Notes: generated from the letters alone by a model not told the origin. A stretch of DNA of 64,000 bases from Macrostomum lignano (GCA_002269645.1 NIVC01000094.1:558001-622000); one strand, 5' to 3'; shown: positions 35,331 to 48,686, counted from the first letter of the stretch. Translations and numbers: made by a program.

Positions 35331-38167
35331 ATGGCCGCCGCCCCGCCCGCTGGCAAGACGCCAATCAGCTTATTGCAGGAGTTCAGCGTTAAGCGCTCCA
35401 TCACCCCGGTGTACGATCTCATCGCCAACGAGGGCCCGGTGCACGAGCCGCTGTTCGTGTTCCAGTGCCGCGCTGGCGCCTTCTCCGGCATCGGCCGGGG
35501 TGTCAGCAAGAAGCGGGCCAAGCAGAATGCCGCCCACGCCACCCTGCGGAAGATGCTGAACGATGGCGCTGCCCTCACCGAGCCTGAGTGCGCCACCATC
35601 AACCAGCTGTGCCAGGCCGACTCTGTTGCACCTTCGGGCAGCTCCGCGGCTGCGGCCGCTGCTGCTGCCAGCGCTGCCGCTGCTGCCGCTGCCGCCGCCG
35701 CTGCCGCTGCTTCAGCTGACGGCGGCGACTACGAAAACTCAGCTGCTGCCGCGGCTGCCACCGACGCGGCCGCCGCCGCCGCCTACCTGGCCAATCTGGA
35801 GGAGGACGACGAGGAGGCGGCCGGGAATCCCGTCGGCGAGCTGCAGGAGCTGTGCCAGCGCCGGCTGTGGCCGCAGGCCGCCTTTCACTTCGCCTGCTCG
35901 CCGGGCCCGGCGCAGACCCGCCAGTTCGTCTGCACTGCCAGCCTGTGGCGCTGGGAGCAGCAGGCCTGCGCCAGGTCCAAGCGCCTGGCTAAACGGCGGG
36001 CTGCTCAGGTGAGGCTGCGAACTTGAGTTTTGGCTGCAGGGGAACTGCACAGATTGTTGGGGAACTGCTCAGATTGTAAGGGAGCTCCTCAGATTGTAGG
36101 GAAACTGCTCAGATTGTTGGGGAACTGCTCAGATTGTAAGGGAGCTCCTTAGATTGTAGGGAAACTGCTCAGATTGTAGGGAAACTGCTCAGATTGTTGG
36201 GGAACTGCTCAGATTGTAGGGAAACTGCTCAGATTGTTGGGGAACTGCTCAGATTGTAGGGAAACTGCTCAGATTGTAGGGAAACTGCTCAGATTGTTGG
36301 GGAACTGATCAGATTGTAGGGAAACTGATCAGATTGTAGGGAAACTGCTCAGATTGTAGGGAAACTGCTCAGATTGTAGGGAAACTGCTCAGATTGTAGG
36401 GAAACTGCTCAGATTGTTGGGGAACTGCTCAGATTGTTGGGGAACTGCTCAGATTGTTGGGGAACTGCTCAGATTGTTGGGGAACCTCTCAGATTGTAGG
36501 GAAACTGCTCAGATTGTTGGGGAACTGCTCAGATTGTAGGGAAACTGCTCAGATTGTTGGGGAACTGCTCAGATTGTTGGGGAACTCCTCAGATTGTAGG
36601 GAAACTGCTCAGATTGTTGGGGAACTGCTCAGATTGTTGGGGAACTGCTCAGATTGTTGGGGAAACTCTCAGATTGTAGGGAAACTGCTCAGATTGTTGG
36701 GGAACTGATCAGATTGTAGGGAAACTGATCAGATTGTAGGGAAACTGATCAGATTGTTGGGGAACTGCTCAGATTGTTGGGGAACTGCTAAAATTGTTGG
36801 GGAACTCCTCAGATTGTTGGGGAACTGCTCAGATTGTTGGGGAACTGCTAAAATTGTTGGGGAACTGCTAAAATTGTTGGGGAACTCCTCAGATTGTAAG
36901 GGAGCTGCTCACATTGTAGAGGAAGTACTCATTGTTAGGGAACTGCTCACATTTGTAGAGGAACTGCTCACATTGTAGAGGAACTGCTTACATTAATGTA
37001 GAACTGCTCACATTGTAGAGGAACTGCTTACATTGATGTGGAACTACTTACATTGATTTGGAACTGCTCACATTGTAGAGGAACTGCTTACATTGATGTG
37101 GAACTGCTTACATTGATTTGGAACTGCTCACATTGTAGAGGAACTGCTCACATTGTAGAGGAACTGCTCACATTGTAGAGGAACTGCTCACATTGTAGAG
37201 GAACTGCTCACATTGTAGAGGAACTGCTCACATTGTAGAGGAACTGCTCACATTGTAGAGGAACTGCTCACATTGTAGAGGAACTGCTCACATTGTAGAG
37301 GAACTGCTCACATTGTAGAGGAACTGCTCACATTTGTAGAGGAACTGCTTACATTGATGTGGAACTGCTCACATTGTAGAGGAACTGCTCACATTGTAGA
37401 GGAACTGCTCACATTGTAGAGGAACTGCTCACATTGTAGAGGAACTGCTCACATTGTAGAGGAACTGCTTACATTGATTTGGAACTGCTCACATTGTAGA
37501 GGAACTGCTCACATTGTAGAGGAACTGCTTACATTGATTTGGAACTGCTCACATTGTAGAGGAACTGCTTATCAGAGTCCAAGAATTAGTTTGAAACGTT
37601 TTATTGTCTGCGACTCTGTAACGACTCTGGGGCCATAAAGTCGTATTTGAGCTGTGTTAGAGTCGCACAGCCCATTGTGCCCGTCTCCCGCAGGCCCTCC
37701 TAGACCGAATCCGCGCTGAGAAGCTGACGATCCCGCAGGAGGAGCTGGACCTACTCGAAGAGGCCGAAATCCCCGTCGGCCGGGGCGCCGGCGAGGCCGG
37801 CCGCTCGTCCAGTCCGGCCAGGCTGTCCGCCACGGCCGGCACCGAGATCAACCGGCTGTTCGCCGGCCTTCGCGCTCGCAAAGGCGGCCCGACGCTCGGC
37901 CAGTTGGCCGAGTCGGCAGGTGGCGATGCCGACTGTCCGAAGGCGAGGCTGGAGGCGCTGGCGGCCGCGCACCGGTTCGCGCTGAACTTTCATGACTTGG
38001 CCGCGGGGCGCAGCGGCAAGGCGCCCTGCCTCCTGCGCCTGGGCACCGCGCCGCCGCTTGCAGCCGCAGGGTCCGGCGCCACGCCGGAGGAGGCGCGCGT
38101 CGAAGCCTGCCGCGCCGCTTTGGAGGCGCTGGCGGTGCTGACGGACCCGCACGGGCGGCCAGTCTAA
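35331..38167 (+). CDS. TARBP2: Dicer cofactor of the TARBP2/PRKRA/Loquacious family (3 dsRBDs), join(35331..36008, 37694..38167), 383 aa
   Basis: dsRBD1 GKTPISLLQE..TPVYDLI..EGPVHEPLF..GRGVSKKRAKQNAA; dsRBD2 NPVGELQELC..W..GPAQ..F..SKRLAKRRAAQ|ALL; dsRBD3 ..CLLRLGTAPP..AGSGATPEEA..ACRAALEAL. Phase-0 GTGAG..GCAG intron. TARBP2 versus PRKRA orthology cannot be resolved. Confidence 0.85.
36040..37570. repeat. Intronic minisatellite of TARBP2, 20-bp unit in two successive subfamilies (GGAAACTGCTCAGATTGTAG, then GAACTGCTCACATTGTAGAG)
   Basis: Direct reading; starts about 30 nt after the donor. Confidence 0.96.
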
Positions 38168-38169
38168 AC

Positions 38170-38290
38170 TGACTGTTGGAGTGAACTGCTGTGACTGCTG
38201 GGGCTGTTGGAGTGACCTGCTGGAGCTGTTGGAGTGAACTTCTGGGGCTGTTAGAGTGAACTGCTGGGGCTGTTGTCGTGAACTGCTGAG
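38170..38290. repeat. Short degenerate repeat of about 22 bp (GTTGGAGTGAACTGCTGGGGCT) immediately after the TARBP2 stop
   Basis: About 5 copies read directly. Confidence 0.7.
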
Positions 38291-40189
38291 TTTGGGAATC
38301 CTGTCCCTCTGGTCTTACTCCAGAGCAATATTAGAGTAATTGCATTTTATTAAACGTTTAAACTTAATAATTTATTGTTAGGCACTTTTTTCAATTGTCA
38401 CTCACATTGTGAATTGAAATTTTAAAATGTTGAATTGCTGCAATGTTTGTGTACAAACCTGCTACTTACAGCAGATATCATCAATGATCCAAATTGTTGC
38501 TGCATTGCAGTCTGAACTGTCATTTTTCAGTTAGTTTATATCTCATATTTTTATTAACTTGAATTAATATCATTTCGCCAGAAGACAGACTTCTTGTAAA
38601 TCAGCTGGCACACTTTAACAAGTTTGAGACTCCGTTTGGTTGTTTAATTTTCTTAGAAATGCATTCACACATAAAATGCATTTACATGTACTACTAATGG
38701 TGCTCCCAACGACTCAATTAGGACAGGGAGCTTCGGCTGAGTTTTTTAACAAGAAGAATTCTCAATCGAGTCCGTTTATTATTCGCGCAAACCCAGTCCC
38801 CAAATTGTTTTCTGAGAAACACAACTTTCCCGTCTTCTACTTGAGTCGTCTTTGGGTGGTCCTTGAATTTTTCAGAGTTTCGCGGTCCCCGCCTGCAATA
38901 AAAATTGTCTGAGAACCGGGTTCAGCCGGCTATCCTCAGGTTCGAATGCTGAAAAATGGGGAATCATATTTTTCTGAGAAGCCGCCGATGAGCAACCCGT
39001 CAAAATTGCCTTGCTGCTTTCTTTGCTTTTTTTAATTAGTGATTAGGCTTTGGCAGCGCGGAGGCCTGGCTGACGCGTCACGCAGGGTCTCGCGAACCGC
39101 GGTGGCATCAGCTGCTGTGCCATTGTCGAGTCTCAGCTCTGGTCTGTCCTCCTCTTTTTCAACTCGACATCGCGTGCTGCAAATGTTAGGAACTGTTCAC
39201 TAATTACCTGAGCAGGGCCGTGTTTTGCTGCTGTTTTTTTTAAGGGAAAACACGATTCTTCGTTGCCTTCTAATCATCCATCTGTTTCTTCTGTCGAGTC
39301 TGAGAGTGCGATATCCGATTATTCCGTGAGGCATGTAATTCAGCCTGACATACTATATTTGGAAGTTAAATGATTTTGAGACAGTTTGCCGTCAGCTTCC
39401 ATTCTTTGGGAAGTTCAAGGAAGTGCGCAGGAAGAAAATTAGTCTGGCAAACTGAGGCCAGAATTCAGGAACCGACAGCGGCTTCCCCAGCAGGTAGACA
39501 TTCGAAATATCCCGAGTATGCTGATGCCGCAGCGACAACCGGACATCCCAGAATTGATGAATGCTGCTTGGGGGATAATTATCACACACGAGCCGGCTCG
39601 CCCCACAATGAAAAACAGAAGTCCGGCAGGGAAATTTTATCATGCGAAACTAGGAGACGACAGGCCTTGCTCTAAACTTGTATTTTCGAGGGAAGTCTGC
39701 AGTGTTGTAAGCAACAGCATATACATGTAGCTCATCGATTTTGATGTCCCGTCGAAGTAAAAGTACATTTAGCTCGTAGCTACCATCACTGTTTCTGCTG
39801 GTTAGAATATTTACTCTCGTACCCCCTCCCAATATATGTGCTTGAATTTATAGCAAAACTAACTATTCTATAATTAACTATTTTGATGGACAAATGCTAG
39901 CAAACACTGTGTATAAGTTCGTATATTATTGATTGCATATTAAAACAGTGAAAAGCACAGGTCAGAAAGTAACTTACCTTGCCTGGTACGCAAATCACTA
40001 ATGCTCGCCCTTCGCTTTGAGCGACTTAAAACAGAATAATTTTTTGAATTCTGCAGCTTGAAGTAAAACCTTAACGGACGAGAAGATGCGTTGAAGAAGA
40101 TAAAAAAGATCGAGAATTTTGGGAGGCGGGAAGTGTCTACATTATACTGTATGTAAGCCTATCCCACTTAGCAGAGACGAGAATAGTGC

Positions 40190-40990
40190 ACGTCACTACA
40201 CTCTAACCCTACCCCACTCCGCGGGATACGAGAATCGCGTACACTACACTCTAACCCCACCGCACTCTGCGGGATACGAGAATCGCGTACACTACACTCT
40301 AACCCACCCCACTCCGCGAGCGCACACTGTTGAAATTTGCTTCTTTTAATTAAGTATATTTTATCCGTTTGAACAAAAAGAAATACACAGGATGAAAAAT
40401 TGAGCAGTTTGGGGGGGCACTTAAAGTATTAGCGTATTTGCGATATGAACTAACAACCATAGATATATCGGTACGATACTGTATTGGATATTTATTGAAC
40501 TTTCTATAAAGGGATACGCACAGCTAGTTGCATTAACAATATTAATCAATATTATGTATCTGACAATTACTATATAAAGTACTAAAAGTACGAGCTATAT
40601 ACTATAAACAACACACACTACACTCTAACCCCACCCCACTCCGCGGGAGACGAGAATCGCGTACACTACACTCTAACCCACCCCACTCCGCGAGCGCACA
40701 CTACACTCCCTAACCCCACCCCACTCCGCGGGAGACGAGAATCGCGTACACTACACTCTAACCCACCCCACTCCGCGAGCGCACACTACACTCCCTAACC
40801 CCACCCCACTCCGCGGGAGACGAGAATCGCGTACACTACACTCTAACCCACCCCACTCCGCGAGCGCACACTACACTCCCTAACCCCACCCCACTCCGCG
40901 GGAGACGAGAATCGCGTACACTACACTCTAACCCTACCCCACTCCGCGAGCGCAACCTACACTCTAACCCCACCCCACTCCGTGGGAGAC
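40190..40990. repeat. Bipartite repeat (CACTACACTCTAACCCCACCCCACTCCGCG..., about 88-bp period) in two blocks, 40190-40325 and 40615-40990
   Basis: Direct reading; the two blocks are separated by about 290 bp of unique AT-rich DNA. Confidence 0.85.
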
Positions 40991-41745
40991 GGAATCGCGA
41001 ATACAGCTAAAGCAAAAAACTTGACCGCTCACAGAATTTGAACCGTACAATTTAAATCAAATTATCCGGCGACTTATGGCTACCGAGAATATTCACGATG
41101 CAAATTTTATCGATCTACTTTGTCTCAATCTAGTTTTCTCAATATTTATTCGTAATAAAGTAGGTGGTTAAAGAATGGGCTGTCATCATTTCAAATTATC
41201 GAGCTACCTCGTAGCTGACTGTCCCCTCCCATTGAGTCGCATATCCACTTGAATATTTTATGAGGCCTACGAGCTAGCGAAATGCACTGCCCTGTTTTCA
41301 GCGAGAACATTTAGTGGGGTGGAGTGAAGGGAGAGAGGAAAAAGCAAGACTAATCGCTGAGTCCGTAAGCGCTTAGCGGACTGAATCTGATGAAGTTGGA
41401 CCCCGCTAAGCAGAAATCGGAGTCAAAGAGGGGAGCGAAGAATCAATACGCTTGAGGCTCTGAGTCCCTGAATTCCCTCCCCTCCGCATTCTATCAGTCA
41501 CGGAATATCCCAGATTGCACTTTTATAACTTTTGAGTGCGGCTTTCTTTAGATCTCAGGATCTGAGAATCGGTCGCATAACTGCCTTAATAAAGTTGATT
41601 GTCGATTTATTGTCCCCGGTTAATCGATTCTGCGGCTTGAACTTTAAAAGCTAAATTAATCTTCACATTTTGCAGAAAAATTATTTATCAACTTTGGGCT
41701 AGGCTGTTTTATGCCACTGTTGATAGAAAACTTGTAAAGGAGGTC

Positions 41746-42035
41746 ACCCTGAAGGATCTCTGGGGTAGCAGGGGTAGCAGCGTTCTGAAGGATCATAGAT
41801 GAGGTGTAGCCCCGCTCTGAAGGATCATAGATGAGGGGTAGCCCCGCTCTGAAGGATCATAGATGAGGTGTAGCCCCGCTCTGAAGGATCATAGATGAGG
41901 TGTAGCCCCGCTCTGAAGGATCATAGATGAGGGGTAGCCCCGCTCTGAAGGATCATAGATGAGGGGTAGCGGCCCCCTGAAGGATCATAGATGAGGAGTA
42001 GCAGCGCCCTGAAGGATAATGAGATGAGGAGAAGT
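41746..42035. repeat. 32-bp minisatellite (CTGAAGGATCATAGATGAGGTGTAGCCCCGCT)
   Basis: Direct reading, about 8 copies. Confidence 0.9.
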
Positions 42036-43304
42036 AGAGGATAAAAAGCAAATGATAGAAAGTCAACAGTCTCACAATGAAGCCCAGACCCCCGGACCCC
42101 CTCTTACAGCTGCATCCGATGGTCCGTGACTTTTGCTCAGTTTTCGGCTACCAATTAGAAACAATTTAGCTCTCAGTCGTGCCGGCATCCGACTGTTGAC
42201 TCAAATAACAAACAAAAAACAAAAATCCCACCGCTACTTGCGCGGCTCCCCTTTGATCCACAGTTCCTCTGTTTTCTGAAAAATTTATTTTCCCTATAAT
42301 TTCTCTGCCAATGCCGCTTGCAGCCTCCCAGGCTGGCTTCATCAATCAGGGATGCAAGAAAGGTAACAATTTTCTGCAGATGAATAATCGATATCTGCTT
42401 TGAGTCGGTCTCTGCTGTTTGAGATGGGGGGCATTTTCACCCAGCAAGATCTGTCTTGTTCCTGGGACTTTGGAAACATATGCCATTTTCTCTGCTTGAA
42501 GAAGCAAGATAAATTGGCACCAATTATCACCTTGCGCTGGCGGACCCACTGCTTCAAGAAGCGCAAATTCATGGTTCTCAAAATCGCAACCCATAGTTAA
42601 AACAGACCATTGAGTCTGTAAGGTCTGTGCGCTGCTGCTCAAAGTGATGCAGCTGCCTGCTGGCCTGCCTCCCACTTAGTCCTCAAGCGGATGTCATTCA
42701 GATCGGTTGGTTTGCTGAATCCCCCCTGGGGAGAGACTCCATCATGGATCTGAAGGCCTGCAGCCTCACTCAAATGCGGATTCGACAAAACGGGGGTCGA
42801 ATATTAGACAGTCTGCCGGGCCAGAGCGGGGGGCGGCAATTAATCCGATGGGGTGCATGCAAATTTGTAACCTGAGGTTGAGGCTCAGCCTGAGTAGCTG
42901 AGTGATGACGGAAACTAGGAAGAGCAGGGGTGTCAGCGGGTGCGGTTCTGCGGCTTTCTCATTAAAATGCGGAATGTCTTTGGCTTCCCAGCTTGCCATG
43001 CAGCTAAATAGTTACTGGGTCAGCGCCAGTCCTCCCTGTTCTCAGTGCGACTGGCTGCCAATCAGATTACTTTGAAAACCTGAGCAGGCTTTGGGAGGAT
43101 ATTAAGCAATCTTATCTGGACAATGTCAAGACTGAAGCATTGCTGCTCTTATCGGACACTACATCCTGCTGGGTTGCCTGCATTCTAAAGTGCGCCAAAA
43201 TACTGGACAGACTTTGAGTCTGCTCCCGGGGAATTTCGATAGATGAGTGAGCATAGCGACTGACATCTGCTTGCACTTTTTAGCCCGACTTTTAGCCCCA
43301 ACCT

Positions 43305-43897
43305 CTATGAGTTTAGTATGAACCCCCATCTCTATGATACCCCAATCTATATGAACCCCAATCCCTATGATCCCCAATCTCTATGATCCCCAATCTATAT
43401 GATCCCCAATCTCTATGAACCCAATCTATATGAACCCCAATCCCTATGATCCCCAATCTATATGAACCCAATCTCTATGATACCCCAAACTCTATGATCC
43501 CCAATCTCTATGAACCCAGTCTCTATGATACCCAGTCTCTATGATACCCCAATCTCTATGAACCCAATCTCTATGATCCTACAAACCCCAAACTACACAA
43601 ACCCCAAACTACACAAACCCCAAACTACACAAACCCCAAACTACACAAACCCCAAACTACACAAACCCCAAACTACACAAACCCCAAACTACACAAACCC
43701 CAAACTACACAAACCCCAAACTACACAAACCCCAAACTACACAAACCCCAAACTACACAAACCCCAAACTACACAAACCCCAAACTACACAAACCCCAAA
43801 CTACACAAACCCCAAACTACACAAACCCCAAACTACACAAACCCCAAACTACACAAACCCCAAACTACACAAACCCCAAACTACACAAACCCCAAAC
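43305..43897. repeat. Two abutting arrays: degenerate 15-17-bp (TCTATGATCCCCAATC) to about 43580, then a perfect 17-bp unit (ACTACACAAACCCCAAA)
   Basis: Direct reading. Confidence 0.92.
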
Positions 43898-45026
43898 AGT
43901 ACACTCAACCAGCCTGAGAAATTCCCCCAAAAAGTGCTATTGGTGTATCAATATTCCACAGAACTCCATAGTTAATCTCGGAGCAATGGAGCTCAGAGCA
44001 ATAAAAATGGTTTTCTGTTTATTTCATCTCATGCTAATGCCCAAACACTATGTGATATTCGTATGCAGAATTTCTACTCAGCTTTTTCACCTGGCCTAAA
44101 CTCGTATGTTGCTCCTGAGCATCATACAGAATGGGGAAAAAAGGTGCTCGGGCAGAAATATTTCTGCCTCAATTTATTGATGGCCTGGCCAGGCGCTTGA
44201 AGCGGGCCAGCAATGTGCGCCAGGCGGCCGCTTTCCCAGTTCCCTGCTTTCACCTCTCACGCGGCTATCCCGTTCCCAACGCATTTTTCTCCCAAACCGT
44301 CCCCCATCGCCCCCGGTGAAAAGTTCTTCCCATTCCTTCTGGGCCGAGGATCCTAAAAAAGCCATCGGGGCTATTAGTTTCCATTGGGATAAGTTTCCCA
44401 ACCCTGATCCTACAGCAGAACAGCTACCGTAGGGCAGAAGCTTACTCAGCAAACCTTACCTTTAGAACCACCTCCTTCCAGTGCAGCTGCATGACTGACT
44501 CAATTTAGGGAATCGAGTTGCCCGGGGGATTAATTCAGTTAATCCATCAGTTTCAGCTGCAGCTCGGGGGGGGGGGCGCAGCGGTGGAAGAAGACGACGG
44601 CTCGATGAAAGCGGCGCGCACCGCAGGGTCAACAAATGCGTGCGGCACGGCAGGGCGGACCCTCCAACCGCCCGCTCGGAGTGTCGCCCCGGCCCTGCAT
44701 GTTACACTGAAAAGTTAAAAGTACAATCGGTTCGTTCGGTCTCCCCCCCAGGTGAGGGCATCGCTTTCCCATCCGTCAGAGAAATGCAAGCAGCAAAGCC
44801 GTTTTTGCTTCGCATTTTCGCTGGGGACAGCAGAGTTAAGCCATAATAACTGTTCAAGTCCCGCCTCCCGCAACGCAACACACGTGAGTGCCGATCCAAA
44901 GTTGATGCAGCTCGCGGAGAGGCTGCAACTTTATTGCCAAAGTCCCATTTGTAGCCGCTCTTACCAAACATTGGAACTGAAGCTGAAGAGGGACTTAAAA
45001 AATGAAATAAGTATCTGAAATAAACA

Positions 45027-46646
45027 GAGGAGAGAAGGGGAGAAGAGAGAAGGGGAGAAGAAAGAAGGGGAGAAAAGAGAAGGGGAGAGGAGAGAAGGGG
45101 AGAGGGGAGAAGGGGAGAAGAAAGAAGGGGAGAAAAGAGAAGGGGAGAGGAGAGAAGGGGAGAAGAGAGAAGGGGAGAGGGGAGAAGGGGAAAGGAGAGA
45201 AGGGGAGAGGAGAGAAGGGGAGAGGAGAGAAGGGGAGAAGAGAGAAGGGGAGAGGGGAGAAGGGGAAAGGAGAGAAGGGGAGAAGAGAGAAGGGGAGAGG
45301 AGAGAAGGGGAGAGGGGAGAAGGGGAAAGAAGAGAAGGGGAGAGGAGAGAAGGGGAGAGGAGAGAAGGGGAGAAGAGAGAAGGGGAGAGGAGAGAAGGGG
45401 AGAGAGGAGAAGGGGAAAGAAGAGAAGGGGAGAGGAGAGAAGGGGAGAGGAGAGAAGGGGAGAAGAGAGAAGGGGAGAGGGGAGAAGGGGAAAGGAGAGA
45501 AGGGGAGAGGGGAGAAGGGGAGAGGAGAGAAGGGGAGAGGAGAGAAGGGGAGAAGAGAGAAGGGGAGAGGGGAGAAGGGGAAAGGAGAGAAGGGGAGAGG
45601 GGAGAAGGGGAGAGGAGAGAAGGGGAGAGGAGAGAAGGGGAGAAGAGAGAAGGGGAGAGGGGAGAAGGGGAGAAGAGAGAAGGGGAGAAAAGAGAAGGGG
45701 AGAGGAGAGAAGGGGAGAGGGGAGAAGGGGAGAGGAGAGAAGGGGAGAGGAGAGAAGGGGAGAGGAGAGAAGGGGAGAGGGGAGAAGGGGAGAGGGGAGA
45801 AGGGGAGAGGAGAGAAGGGGAGAAGAGAGAAGGGGAGATGAGAGAAGGGAGAGGGGAGAAGGGGAAAGGAGAGAAGGGGAGAGGAGAGAAGGGGAGAAGA
45901 GAGAAGGGGAGAGGGGAGAAGGGGAGAGGGGAGAAGGGGAGAGGAGAGAAGGGGAGAAGAGAGAAGGGGAGAGGGGAGAAGGGGAGAGGAGAGAAGGGGA
46001 GAGGAGAGAAGGGGAGAGGGAGAAGGGGAGAGGAGAGAAGGGGAGAGAGGAGAAGGGGAGAGGAGAGAAGGGGAGAGGGAGAAGGGGAGAAGAGAGAAGG
46101 GGAGAAAAGAGAAGGGGAGAGGAGAGAAGGGGAGAGGGGAGAAGGGGAGAGGAGAGAAGGGGAGAGGAGAGAAGGGGAGAGGAGAGAAGGGGAGAGGGGA
46201 GAAGGGGAGAGGGGAGAAGGGGAGAGGAGAGAAGGGGAGAAGAGAGAAGGGGAGATGAGAGAAGGGAGAGGGGAGAAGGGGAGAGGAGAGAAGGGGAGAG
46301 GAGAGAAGGGGAGAAGAGAGAAGGGGAGAGGGGAGAAGGGGAGAGGGGAGAAGGGGAGAGGAGAGAAGGGGAGAAGAGAGAAGGGGAGAGGGGAGAAGGG
46401 GAGAGGAGAGAAGGGGAGAGGAGAGAAGGGGAGAGGGGAGAAGGGGAGAGGAGAGAAGGGGAGAGAGGAGAAGGGGAGAGGAGAGAAGGGGAGAGGAGAG
46501 AAGGGGAGAAGAGAGAAGGGGAGAGGGGAGAAGGGGAGAGGAGAGAAGGGGAGAGGAGAGAAGGGGAGAGGAGAGAAGGGGAGAGGAGAGAAGGGGAGAG
46601 GGGAGAAGGGGAGAGGAGAGAAGGGGAGAGGAGAGAAGGGGAGAGA
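45027..46646. repeat. 1.6-kb almost purely purine (A/G) tract, 15-bp unit (AAGGGGAGAGGAGAG)
   Basis: Direct reading; source of the SPLLS and GEKGR ORF artefacts. Confidence 0.97.
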
Positions 46647-47477
46647 GCCCGATAAGGTCTAGCTGGTGAAAGTGAAGCAGTGCAGCAGCATCCCCAAAGG
46701 ATGCCCAGTTCTGATGGATTCACCTTCGTGAGCCCGCAAGCCGCCCTCTCTAGTTGTGTCCCCTGGAACCGGTTCGCACTGTGTCCCGGGATTTTCGCAA
46801 AAACGCCATAAACTGCGGCAGCTTTGATCTTAGATAGCGAAGCGGCATTGTATCGGATTAATTAATTAAGCGTGGTAAAAAATACCGAGCGCTGCGGTGC
46901 TCCAGTGATGGATCTGCTGGTTATATCAATACATTGTTTAACTTTTCCATTTATTTAGAATGATAGCGAGATATGCCTGGGGTGGGGGGCAGCAGTCACC
47001 CAGTTCATGCGCACACAGACAGGCAGGGGAGAGTCCTTGTCACTCAGGCTGCTCCAGGCTTAAGCCGGAGACCGCGGGGCCCTGGAATGTGAGCGACTGG
47101 ACAACAGTGCGGGCTGCTAGAGTGGGGATGGCTTAGTGCTCTCTCATGCCGCATCCTCAAAATCAGGTAGATGTACATATCGGACGGCTGTTTCACCTCG
47201 GACAGCTCAAGTAAAACTTTTCCATCTTTGAAAACTAATAAAACTTTGAAAAAATAACTTCCCAAGCTCGCTAGTCCTTGACTAGCACTGCATTGCCTCT
47301 AACGCCGACAAGTTAAGCTTATCTGACAGAGGTTAGTACGCAGCCGGATAGACTGCCACCGTGAACTACATGAAATGGCTTTGAAGTGCCAGAGTCCCCT
47401 CTACTTGAGCTGTCCGAGTGGGTGATAAACGCTTGGGGGCACCGGACCCCTGTCTGTCACTCAGCCTCCCCTGTCTG

Positions 47478-48593
47478 TCACTCAGCCTCATTCTTCAACT
47501 CCACGGGCAGCAGCGGCAGCTCTCGACTGCCCGCCATCGCCGCGTCGTTACTCCGACGCTGCTGCAGCTGCTGGAGCTGCTGCTGCTGACGAGCCCGACG
47601 TTCGCCGCTATTAACGTTGGAGCACTCCGGCGTCACCATCGTGTGGAAGCTGGTGCGGAACTTCCTGTCAATGGGCAGGTAGATGAGGAAATTCACCGCG
47701 TTGTTGGTGTAAGACAGCATCATCAGGGCGTTGTTGAGAAGGAAGCTGCTCCGGCTGGTGGAGTAGTTGATGAAGGAGTGCGAGAACAGGTAGATCGCGC
47801 TGGGCAGGCTCGTGACCAGGTGGACGGTGCCGCTGACCAGAGCCACCTTGGCCACTGCCAGCTGCTTCTGCCTGCCGTCCTGGCTGCGCTTCCTGGTCTG
47901 AGCGGCCACGGTCGCCGCCGCTTCGCTTCTGGCCTCGCCGGCCGCCCTGGACATGGCCCTGGCGTGCTTCCGCAGGCAGCAGAAGATCGCCACGTTGAAG
48001 ATGAGCAGCAGCGAGTCCGGCAGGGCGAAGTTTAGCAGGCTGTCAACGATGACGTAGTACTTGAAGAACTCGTTGTTGTACATGCAGCGCGGCTGGCCGG
48101 GCGGGGCCGTGGCGTTCCACGTGTGAGAGCGGACCAGAGGCACGTCCTTGACGCACAGCACGGCCAGCATCGCCAGCAGCACCTTCAGGACGTTGGCTTT
48201 GGTCATGAGCAGGCGCGACCGGATGGGGTAGGTCACGGCCAGGAACCGGTCCAGCACGATCAGCACCAGCACCCAGATGGCCGAGTCGACGCACAGGTAC
48301 GTCAGCGGTACGTGGGCAACGCAGACGGCAAAGCTCAGGTCCCGGATGTCCATGCTGAGGGTCTGCTGGATCCAGTAGCGAGTCACCGCCACGAGCAGCA
48401 CGGAGCTGTCGGCGATCTGCAGCACAATGAGCAGCAGGTGGGTGCTCTCCTTGAACACGTCCGAGTTCCAGAAGATCTTCAGGCTGAGCATGTTGCCCAC
48501 CGTGCCGAAGAAGACGATGACGGCTCCGTAGACGGAGACGCCGATGTTCACCGGGAAGATCTGGCTGGGCTGCTCCGGGCTACTTGAGTTCAT
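47478..48593 (-). CDS. Intronless rhodopsin-family (class A) GPCR, probably of the invertebrate neuropeptide-receptor-like group, 371 aa
   Basis: Seven hydrophobic segments. TM1 GTVGN, TM2 LQIADS, TM3 C..LDRFLAVTYP, ECL2 Cys (PRCMY), TM5 FALP..LIFN..I, TM6 TSLP, TM7 NNAVNFLIY. Confidence 0.92.
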   Translation of the reverse strand: MNSSSPEQPSQIFPVNIGVSVYGAVIVFFGTVGNMLSLKIFWNSDVFKESTHLLLIVLQIADSSVLLVAVTRYWIQQTLSMDIRDLSFAVCVAHVPLTYLCVDSAIWVLVLIVLDRFLAVTYPIRSRLLMTKANVLKVLLAMLAVLCVKDVPLVRSHTWNATAPPGQPRCMYNNEFFKYYVIVDSLLNFALPDSLLLIFNVAIFCCLRKHARAMSRAAGEARSEAAATVAAQTRKRSQDGRQKQLAVAKVALVSGTVHLVTSLPSAIYLFSHSFINYSTSRSSFLLNNALMMLSYTNNAVNFLIYLPIDRKFRTSFHTMVTPECSNVNSGERRARQQQQLQQLQQRRSNDAAMAGSRELPLLPVELKNEAE

Positions 48594-48686
48594 GATGATG
48601 TCGATTGTCTTCTTCTTTGGCGATCTGTTGTTCGGGGTGTTTCAGTCGAATGGCGTAGCTGGGTGGCTGCCCCTGGTCTTTAGTGC

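Noticed and set aside
38925-38960. GGTTCGAAT resembling a tRNA T-loop/B box
   Set aside because: The closing pair is G-G, and no A box, D arm or acceptor stem could be folded.
39370-39832. Short ORFs at 39.4-39.8, 42.3-43.3, 58.6-58.9 and 63.8-64.0 kb
   Set aside because: No recognisable motifs, splice partners or codon bias.
44702-46723. Long periodic ORFs in repeats (e.g. 673-aa SPLLS; also 825-1893, 2300-3238, 8526-11349, 31099-32176, 50964-52748, 56003-57535)
   Set aside because: They are translations of minisatellites or purine/pyrimidine tracts, open in several frames, with no domain content.
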